A stretch of DNA of 19,723 bases from a virus (IMGVR_UViG_3300023184_000047:98057-117779); one strand, 5' to 3'; counted from the stretch's first letter, positions 8,618 to 14,874 are shown. Notes: generated by a model from the letters alone, not told the origin. A program made the numbers and translations.

Positions 8618-9220
8618 ATGATCAATTTAGAAAATATACTTAACGAAAATAAATTTCCTGATTTAACTGGTGACGGTAAAGTAACTAGAGCCGATATATT
8701 AAAAGGTAGAGGAGTTAAAATGAGAGAAGATTTAGACGTAGGTCATCAAGACGATGAACCACATATGCTTAAAAGCGATGTTTATAGAATAGCTAAAATG
8801 GCTGCTATGTTATATAAGCAACTAGACAAATATGATAACATGGGAGAAGAAGTAGATTTTCCTCATTGGTGGCAAGCTAAAATAATTAAAGCATATGATT
8901 ATTTACAAGGTGCTTACGGATATTTAGATGGTGAAGAAAAAGTAGCAGCTATTGACTATATGAGCCAAATGAATGAAGTACAAGGTGAAGAATTAAATCA
9001 CGATATATCTCTTATAGGTAGTACATTAAAGAAAATCGAAACTATGATTGATTTTGGTAGAGATCAAGATGTTGATGTTGAAGAAGGATTGCAAACCGTA
9101 CTTAACATCTTAATTGATATTCAACATAAATTAGAAACAGATACTAAAGATGCTGCTAGTCTAGGTGGAGCTAGTAAGTTTTATCAAATGGAGAATATAT
9201 TAAAACAAATGGGTAAATAA
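8618..9220 (+). CDS. Hypothetical multi-module protein with MINLxxILxE leader and EF-hand/dockerin-like loop
   Basis: [10 protein letters not shown] then [12 protein letters not shown]; second module [12 protein letters not shown]...[10 protein letters not shown]. Confidence 0.8.
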   Translation: MINLENILNENKFPDLTGDGKVTRADILKGRGVKMREDLDVGHQDDEPHMLKSDVYRIAKMAAMLYKQLDKYDNMGEEVDFPHWWQAKIIKAYDYLQGAYGYLDGEEKVAAIDYMSQMNEVQGEELNHDISLIGSTLKKIETMIDFGRDQDVDVEEGLQTVLNILIDIQHKLETDTKDAASLGGASKFYQMENILKQMGK

Positions 9221-9705
9221 TGAAATTTAAAACCAAACAAGAATTAGAAGATTTTATTCGTGGGCGTGTACGTCAACGTTTACAAAAAACTGACACTGCT
9301 GAATATCAAGGTGATTCTAATTCTCCTATGAATTTAATGTTAGCTCGTTTTCCTGAACTAAGACAAACATTAGAAAAACTATTAACAATACAATATAGGT
9401 TGTTTGTTAATGATATTGAATGGGTTGCACCTAAACCAACTACATTTAAAATTGTTTTACCTAATAAACAATATTTTAACTTAATATGGAATACGGAAGA
9501 CTTTATTGCTAAAGTAGCAGGTATGAAATATGATATGCTCACACTTAAAGAACGTGAAAGAGCAACTAAAGCAATATCTACACTACTTCAATATGGTCCG
9601 ATAAATGCAAACCTATCACCGGAGGAATTAGCTCAACAAGAACTAACTCCAGCTAAAGGGGAAGCAGCTGCTCCACCACCGTTATCTCCAGAAGAATTAA
9701 GCTAA
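9220..9705 (+). CDS. Hypothetical protein
   Basis: 161-aa ORF, TAATG coupling; WVAPKPTTFKI motif; LSPEEL repeated twice at the C-terminus. Confidence 0.8.
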   Translation: MKFKTKQELEDFIRGRVRQRLQKTDTAEYQGDSNSPMNLMLARFPELRQTLEKLLTIQYRLFVNDIEWVAPKPTTFKIVLPNKQYFNLIWNTEDFIAKVAGMKYDMLTLKERERATKAISTLLQYGPINANLSPEELAQQELTPAKGEAAAPPPLSPEELS

Positions 9706-9706
9706 A

Positions 9707-9738
9707 TTTGGCTCCCTAAGGGAGCCTTATTACATTTA
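9707..9738 (+). promoter_or_regulatory. Bacteroidota-type primary-sigma promoter (-33 TTTG / -7 TAnnTTTA)
   Basis: TTTG 9707-9710, 20-nt spacer, TACATTTA 9731-9738, upstream of ATG 9761. The Bacteroidota consensus is TTTG-N19-21-TAnnTTTG. Confidence 0.6.
9710..9730 (+). terminator. GC-rich hairpin, probable intrinsic terminator of the upstream operon
   Basis: GGCTCCC-TAA-GGGAGCC perfect 7-bp stem directly after stop 9705, followed by TTATT (imperfect U tract). Confidence 0.6.
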
Positions 9739-9760
9739 AACCCTAATTTAACATTACGTT

Positions 9761-10540
9761 ATGAGTAAAAAGAAAAGATTATTTTTCGATATTGAAACAA
9801 GTCCGAACGTTGGATTTTTCTGGCAATCAGGATACAAACTAAATATCCCATACACCAATATTATTAAAGAAAGAGCTATTATTTGCATTTGCTATAAGTG
9901 GGCAGATGAAGATAAAGTATATTCTTTACAATGGGATAAAAATCAAGATGACAAAACCATGTTAGAGAAATTCATGGCCGTAGCTAACGAAGCTCATGAA
10001 TTAGTAGGACATAATGGGGATCGATTCGATTTACCTTGGATTAGAACACGCTGTTTATTTCATGGTATTCCGTGTTTTCCAAACTACACTACACTTGACA
10101 CTTTAAAACACGCAAGATCTAAATTTAGATTTAATAGCAATCGTTTAGATTATATTGCTAAATATTTAGGTGTTGGAGAAAAATCTGAAACCGGTGGTTT
10201 TGATTTGTGGAGAAACATCGTATTAGATAACGATAAAGACGCAATGAACACAATGGTTGATTATTGTAAAAATGATGTTGTCATACTTGAAAAAGTATAT
10301 AACCATATTAAAAACTATGTACCACATAAAACACATTATGGTGCTTTAGAGACAGGAGAAAAAACATGTTGTCCTGAATGTGGATCAACTGATTTAAGAC
10401 ATTCACAAACTCGTTATTCTGCTGCTGGGACTCCACGTATTCAAATGCAATGTAATGATTGTCACAAATACCATACTGTAGCTAGTAGAACATATGATGC
10501 AATAATTGCTAAACAGTTTGAAGGGGAAGTAGAAGAGTAA
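9761..10540 (+). CDS. DEDD/DnaQ-like (RNase_H_2-type) 3'-5' exonuclease with C-terminal zinc ribbon
   Basis: ExoI FFDIETSP, ExoII GHNGDRFDLPWI, ExoIII YCKNDV; CPEC...CNDC. Confidence 0.9.
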   Translation: MSKKKRLFFDIETSPNVGFFWQSGYKLNIPYTNIIKERAIICICYKWADEDKVYSLQWDKNQDDKTMLEKFMAVANEAHELVGHNGDRFDLPWIRTRCLFHGIPCFPNYTTLDTLKHARSKFRFNSNRLDYIAKYLGVGEKSETGGFDLWRNIVLDNDKDAMNTMVDYCKNDVVILEKVYNHIKNYVPHKTHYGALETGEKTCCPECGSTDLRHSQTRYSAAGTPRIQMQCNDCHKYHTVASRTYDAIIAKQFEGEVEE

Positions 10541-10549
10541 ATATTTATT
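10541..10549 (+). promoter_or_regulatory. ATATTTATW motif copy 4
   Basis: ATATTTATT immediately after stop 10540, 13 nt before ATG 10563. Confidence 0.65.
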
Positions 10550-10562
10550 GTAAAATATTTGT

Positions 10563-11006
10563 ATGGACAATTTTGACTTAAAGCGCTTTCTAGTTGAAAA
10601 CAAAATGACTAGAAACTCAAGACTTATAAACGAACAACCTGAACCAGAAGGAATACCAGCTGATGACCCATTAGCACAAATACCAGCTGTACCTGCTGAA
10701 ACACCATCAGAACCATCAGGTGAAATTGATAAAGAAACAGCTAAAGAATTAATATTCGATACTAAAGGTAAATTTTTTACAGTAACCTTTATTAAAAAAG
10801 ATGGTAGCGAACGTGTAATGAATGCTCGTTTAGGTGTTAAGAAATACTTAAAAGGAGGAACACTAGCATACGACCCAGCTGAATTTAATTACATTACAGT
10901 ATATGACATGGGTGCTAAAGGATATAGAATGGTTAACGCTAACACCATTAAAAACCTTAAAATCGGTAAAAACGAATACGTTATACCAACAGCAGTATCT
11001 GAATAA
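10563..11006 (+). CDS. SH3-barrel / WYL_2-like domain protein with N-terminal leader and Pro-rich linker
   Basis: FFTVTFIKKDGSERVMNARLG...VYDM...GYRMVN resembles phage WYL_2/SH3-fold proteins (F.F.KKDG..R.M); preceded by MDNFDLKRFLVE...LINE and a P/E/A-rich linker. Confidence 0.6.
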   Translation: MDNFDLKRFLVENKMTRNSRLINEQPEPEGIPADDPLAQIPAVPAETPSEPSGEIDKETAKELIFDTKGKFFTVTFIKKDGSERVMNARLGVKKYLKGGTLAYDPAEFNYITVYDMGAKGYRMVNANTIKNLKIGKNEYVIPTAVSE

Positions 11007-11012
11007 CATACA

Positions 11013-11053
11013 GACCGATTCATAGCCGGTTGCTCGAAAGAGATAAAATATGA
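11013..11053 (+). ncRNA. Putative structured RNA (H-type pseudoknot with inserted GAAA hairpin), family unknown
   Basis: P1 GACCG(11013-17)/CGGTT(11027-31); loop TCATA(11020-24) complementary to TATGA(11049-53); CTC-GAAA-GAG(11033-42); A-rich linker ATAAAA; locally GC-richer than its surroundings. Confidence 0.45.
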
Positions 11054-11060
11054 CAGCTGT

Positions 11061-11093
11061 GGCGTCAATCATTTGGATTGGCGCCCTTTTTTT
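11061..11093 (+). terminator. Intrinsic (Rho-independent) terminator
   Basis: GGCGTCAATC(11061-70)/GATTGGCGCC(11076-85) 10-bp stem with one G-U pair, 5-nt loop, then C and T7 (11087-93). Confidence 0.8.
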
Positions 11094-11103
11094 CGTATAT
11101 TTA
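11072..11103 (+). promoter_or_regulatory. Bacteroidota-type primary-sigma promoter
   Basis: TTTG 11072-75 (in the terminator loop), 20-nt spacer, TATATTTA 11096-11103, before ATG 11124. Confidence 0.6.
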
Positions 11104-11123
11104 ACAGTTCAAAAATTATAAAC

Positions 11124-12464
11124 ATGAGTAAAAACATTGTAATTGTAGGTGCCGGTGTAGCAGGTATTAATGCTGCAACTAAACTAGTAGATAACAACTA
11201 TAAAGGTAAAATCACTATTATTGATATGGGAAAAGATCCCCATAAACGATTACCAAGTGAAGTAATGACTGGAATGTTAGGTGCAGGAGGTTGGTCTGAT
11301 GGTAAATTAACTTATCACACTGCTATTGGAGGTCAATTATCTAAATACTGTGGTGAAGATAAGGCCATGGAGTTAATGGATCAAGTTATTACTAACTTTA
11401 AACGTTTTCACCCTAAACCTGAAGAAGTACAATGTTCAAATCCAGTTGCTGAACCTGATTTTATTAAACCACACTTTGGTTTACGTTTATTTCCTGTATG
11501 GCATGTTGGAACTGATTATCTATTAGAAATTGCTAAAAATTGGTATAAGTATTTAGTTGATAATGGAGTTGAATTTGAATGGGAAACTAAAGTGATAGAC
11601 ATTGACTTTAATAAGAAAATAGTATATACTTCAATCCCAACACCTTATATGTTAGGTGGAGATGAAACAACAGAAGGACATCACGGACTACTTTATGATG
11701 AACTTATTTTTGGTGTAGGTAAATCAGGAATTGACTTTGGTAAAAAATTAGCTGAAAAATATGACTTACCAACTGAACCTAAATCAGTACAAATTGGTGT
11801 TCGTTTTGAAGCACCACAACACCACTTCCAAAAACTAATCGATGTATCATATGACTTTAAATTATATAGAAAATTTGAAGATAAAGGAGTATCACTACGT
11901 TCATTCTGTACTAATAATAATGCAGCTTATGTTGCAGTAGAAGAAACATACGGAAACTACTCATACAATGGTCATGCTAAAAAAGATGAGAAGTATAGAA
12001 ACGATATGACTAACTTTGGTATTATAATGGAAGTAAACGGAATTGAAGATCCATTTACTTGGAGTAGAAATTTAGTTAAGATGTTACAAATTGATAATAA
12101 AGGATTATATTACTCTCCTTCACGTACCCCATCATTAACATCAGAAGGAGATCATGTAGAAGCAACTCAAATTAATGATTATGTGATGGATGAAGTAAGA
12201 GAAGCATTTGAAGGTTATTTTAAATACATTGATGATTTCATCAGTGGAATGAAAGAAATCTTCCCAACATTAAAAGACGATTGGGGTATGTACATACCTG
12301 AAGTAAAATATCTATCACCTGAGCCACTTGTTGATTATACCAACTTAGCCCTGACCAAGTATCCTAACGTACATTTTGTTGGTGATGCACTTTCCGCTAG
12401 AGGTATAACAGTAAGTGGTGCACAAGGGATTTATGTAGCAGAATATATTTTGAGATATCAATAA
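11124..12464 (+). CDS. FAD-dependent oxidoreductase (COG2509-like uncharacterised FAD dehydrogenase)
   Basis: Rossmann IVIVGAGVAG at the N-terminus, GAGGWSDGKL, RSFCTN, and C-terminal FVGDA...GITVSGAQG. Start placed at ATG 11124 because the track's TTG 11073 lies inside the terminator/promoter. Confidence 0.88.
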   Translation: MSKNIVIVGAGVAGINAATKLVDNNYKGKITIIDMGKDPHKRLPSEVMTGMLGAGGWSDGKLTYHTAIGGQLSKYCGEDKAMELMDQVITNFKRFHPKPEEVQCSNPVAEPDFIKPHFGLRLFPVWHVGTDYLLEIAKNWYKYLVDNGVEFEWETKVIDIDFNKKIVYTSIPTPYMLGGDETTEGHHGLLYDELIFGVGKSGIDFGKKLAEKYDLPTEPKSVQIGVRFEAPQHHFQKLIDVSYDFKLYRKFEDKGVSLRSFCTNNNAAYVAVEETYGNYSYNGHAKKDEKYRNDMTNFGIIMEVNGIEDPFTWSRNLVKMLQIDNKGLYYSPSRTPSLTSEGDHVEATQINDYVMDEVREAFEGYFKYIDDFISGMKEIFPTLKDDWGMYIPEVKYLSPEPLVDYTNLALTKYPNVHFVGDALSARGITVSGAQGIYVAEYILRYQ

Positions 12465-12479
12465 TTTTTCGTACCTTTA
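12449..12479 (+). promoter_or_regulatory. Bacteroidota-type primary-sigma promoter
   Basis: TTTG 12449-52, 19-nt spacer, TACCTTTA 12472-79, before ATG 12484. Confidence 0.5.
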
Positions 12480-12483
12480 ATCT

Positions 12484-12744
12484 ATGGGAAGAAATAAAAT
12501 AATAAAACCACCTTTATTAGAAAATCCAAACAAATATACTCGTGTATTTGAAGATGATGAAAGTATAACTACATGGACTTACAATTTAGATTTTTCCCCT
12601 AACGGACCAATATCCGTAGATATAAAATATAAAACAGAAACAAACAAACCCAAAACAAATGGAAAAAAAACTAAAGACCCCAGACGGACAGACGTTGTAT
12701 CTAGCTCAAACGAAACGCCTAGGACACGACGTTCACGACAATAA
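12484..12744 (+). CDS. Small hypothetical protein
   Basis: 86-aa ORF after a predicted promoter; its last 86 nt overlap the next ORF. Confidence 0.6.
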   Translation: MGRNKIIKPPLLENPNKYTRVFEDDESITTWTYNLDFSPNGPISVDIKYKTETNKPKTNGKKTKDPRRTDVVSSSNETPRTRRSRQ

Positions 12745-12943
12745 CGACCCTAAAGCTGATGAAAAAATCTGGGTATTACATAATACAGAAGGCCCAGCAT
12801 TAATTAAAGCTGATGGTAAAAAAGAATACTATTTTTGGGGAATATTTCAAGGTACTACTCCTGAAGCTATTAGAGAATTAAAACGTAACCATACTGGGCT
12901 CCCACCAGCTAAAAACCCATTGTTTAAAAATAGCTTTAGATAA
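12659..12943 (+). CDS. Small hypothetical protein with LHxxxGPA...G.KEYY repeat unit
   Basis: LHNTEGPALIKADGKKEYYFWG resembles the LHR.DGPA repeat unit seen in large-virus hypotheticals. Confidence 0.7.
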   Translation: MEKKLKTPDGQTLYLAQTKRLGHDVHDNNDPKADEKIWVLHNTEGPALIKADGKKEYYFWGIFQGTTPEAIRELKRNHTGLPPAKNPLFKNSFR

Positions 12944-12944
12944 T

Positions 12945-13475
12945 ATGAAAATAGGATTTGCGGGAACAATGAGTGTAGGAAAAACTACACTAGTAAAAGC
13001 ATTAGCTGAATTGCCTGAATTTAAAGATTATTTTATTGCTACAGAACGCAGTAAATATTTACGTGATTTAGGTATCCCATTAAATACTGATTCTACTTTA
13101 CCAGGACAAATTATATTTTTAGCTGAACGCGCAAGCGAAATTCTGCGAAATAACGTATTAACTGATCGTACTATCTGGGATGTATGTGCCTTCACAGACA
13201 ATGCAGAATCTATTGATGTATATGCGAAATATCGCTATATAGAATTAGCAACATGTATGGGAGACCAATATGATATTGTATTTTATATATCACCTGAAGG
13301 AGTAGAAATTGAAGATAATGGTGTACGTGAGGTTTGCTCTGAATATAGAGACGTAATTGATGAAACTATTGTTGCTTTATTAAATAGATTCCCACCAAAA
13401 CGATTAATCAATATTAAGGGTACAACAGAAGAGCGTATAGCGCTTGTGTTAGAAGCATTTTATAAATATTTATAA
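12945..13475 (+). CDS. P-loop NTPase, nucleotide-kinase-like (AAA_28/NadR-kinase type)
   Basis: N-terminal IGFAGTMSVGKTTL Walker A, DRTIWD, YDIVFYISP. Confidence 0.85.
   Translation: MKIGFAGTMSVGKTTLVKALAELPEFKDYFIATERSKYLRDLGIPLNTDSTLPGQIIFLAERASEILRNNVLTDRTIWDVCAFTDNAESIDVYAKYRYIELATCMGDQYDIVFYISPEGVEIEDNGVREVCSEYRDVIDETIVALLNRFPPKRLINIKGTTEERIALVLEAFYKYL
13466..13474 (+). promoter_or_regulatory. ATATTTATW motif copy 5
   Basis: ATATTTATA at the end of the kinase gene, 22 nt before ATG 13497; part of the palindrome TATAAATATTTATA 13461-13474. Confidence 0.6.
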
Positions 13476-13496
13476 TAAATGTAAACCCAAATAATA

Positions 13497-14126
13497 ATGA
13501 AAGTATCTCAATTAAAAGAAAACATCCGTAATATAGTTCGTAAAAAACTTAGTGAAGCTACTATTGATGTAACTAACCCTGCTACTGAAACTCCACAAAC
13601 TAAAAAATCAAAAATAGATATAGCTAGAAGAACAACAGGGAATAAAAACCTAGGAACAGAAAAAGACCCAGTTGAATTTATTGAAGAAACAGGAGATTAT
13701 AATGCTGCTCGAATTGATAAAATGAGTCGTGCTGAATTAATTGATTTTTTAGGTTTAGATAGAATTGAAGCTATAAACTGGTCAGACAAACAACTATTTG
13801 GGGCTGCTAGAGAATTAGCTGATGATAAAGAAACATCAATGGATGAAGCTGATTATATTGATGATGACGATACAATACATGAAGATGTTGAAGACGTTGA
13901 TTCATCAGGAGATGAGATGGCTAAATATTATGATGAAATATATGAAGCCGGAACGAGTGGCGATTTTGAAGCTAATGTTGCTCCTGGTTCTATTTATCAA
14001 CTAAGTGTTAAATCACATCCAACAAGACCAAATTTAATAATATTATCTCAAGATAACGGACAAAAAATTGTAGTTAATGTTGAAGATGTTAATAGTTTAA
14101 TTAATATACTAAGAAAATTAACATAA
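13497..14126 (+). CDS. Acidic hypothetical protein with amphipathic leader ending in LSE
   Basis: MKVSQLKENIRNIVRKKLSE, then a very D/E-rich central region. Confidence 0.8.
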   Translation: MKVSQLKENIRNIVRKKLSEATIDVTNPATETPQTKKSKIDIARRTTGNKNLGTEKDPVEFIEETGDYNAARIDKMSRAELIDFLGLDRIEAINWSDKQLFGAARELADDKETSMDEADYIDDDDTIHEDVEDVDSSGDEMAKYYDEIYEAGTSGDFEANVAPGSIYQLSVKSHPTRPNLIILSQDNGQKIVVNVEDVNSLINILRKLT

Positions 14127-14485
14127 TGAATATTACAAAACAAGATATAATATTATGTGTTATAGTTGTATTAGCTGCTTGGAATATATTTACTACAAAT
14201 AGTATTAGAACAGACGTTGAAGGATACAAAGCTAAGATAGAATCAATACAAACTAAAGTAGATTCAGCACAAGTAGTCAACAAACAAATAGACACCAAAA
14301 TTGATTCAGTAAAAGAAAATGTAGTTTCTATCACAAAAGAAATACACCACATAGATAAAACAATAACAGTTGTAAAAGAAAAAACAAATGAAAAAATTAA
14401 TACTATTAACAAGTTTTCTAATCCTGAGTTGGAATACTTTTTCACAAACCGCTACAACCCAGCCCTTAACGGTAGTAAAAACTGA
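14126..14485 (+). CDS. Membrane-anchored coiled-coil protein (i-spanin-like topology)
   Basis: N-terminal TM IILCVIVVLAAWNIF followed by heptad-like helical sequence; TAATG coupling. Confidence 0.65.
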   Translation: MNITKQDIILCVIVVLAAWNIFTTNSIRTDVEGYKAKIESIQTKVDSAQVVNKQIDTKIDSVKENVVSITKEIHHIDKTITVVKEKTNEKINTINKFSNPELEYFFTNRYNPALNGSKN

Positions 14486-14822
14486 TACAACGCAGGTTTG
14501 TTTACCAACTCCAATAGCCAGACAAGTGGCTAAGGATTTAATTCGTTTGGATGGTTGTAAAGAGGAAATAAAACTTACTCAAGAAAAAGTAATTAAATTA
14601 GAAGAAAGAGAAGTACAAAAAGATACTATTATAAAGCTTTTAAATGATAAAGATGTAAATAATCAATATATCATTAATCAAAAAGATTTACAAATAGGTC
14701 AATACGAGCATCTAACAGATAATTTAACAAAAGAACTAAAAGGTCAACGCACCAAAACATTTTTTTATAAATTAGGTACTTTTGTAGGTATAATTACAAC
14801 TTCTTATTTATTAATAAAATAA
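14388..14822 (+). CDS. Secreted coiled-coil protein with C-terminal TM (candidate spanin partner)
   Basis: Signal peptide MKKLILLTSFLILSWNTFS|Q, coiled coil, C-terminal hydrophobic LGTFVGIITTSYLLI; overlaps the upstream gene by 98 nt. Confidence 0.65.
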   Translation: MKKLILLTSFLILSWNTFSQTATTQPLTVVKTDTTQVCLPTPIARQVAKDLIRLDGCKEEIKLTQEKVIKLEEREVQKDTIIKLLNDKDVNNQYIINQKDLQIGQYEHLTDNLTKELKGQRTKTFFYKLGTFVGIITTSYLLIK

Positions 14823-14843
14823 GATATACATAAAATGTTACAT

Positions 14844-14874
14844 AAAGGTCTGGCTTATTATAGTTAGACCTTTT
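14844..14874 (+). terminator. Probable intrinsic terminator
   Basis: AAAGGTCTGGCT(14844-55)/AGTTAGACCTTT(14862-73) stem with two G-U pairs, 6-nt loop, T run; intergenic, before terL. Confidence 0.7.

Noticed and set aside
9612-9702. LSPEEL repeated twice at the C-terminus of the 9220 protein
   Set aside because: Only two short copies with diverged codons in a low-complexity tail; not a DNA repeat element.
11007-11060. Hammerhead or other known self-cleaving ribozyme
   Set aside because: A GAAA is present but the CUGANGA core is absent; twister, pistol and HDV-like signatures were not recognisable.
11073-11123. Track TTG start at 11073 for the oxidoreductase
   Set aside because: It lies within the terminator and predicted promoter; ATG 11124 places the Rossmann motif at the N-terminus as expected.
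13497-14822. Small terminase among the genes upstream of terL
   Set aside because: The adjacent genes are membrane/secreted or highly acidic and show no small-terminase features I can recognise.
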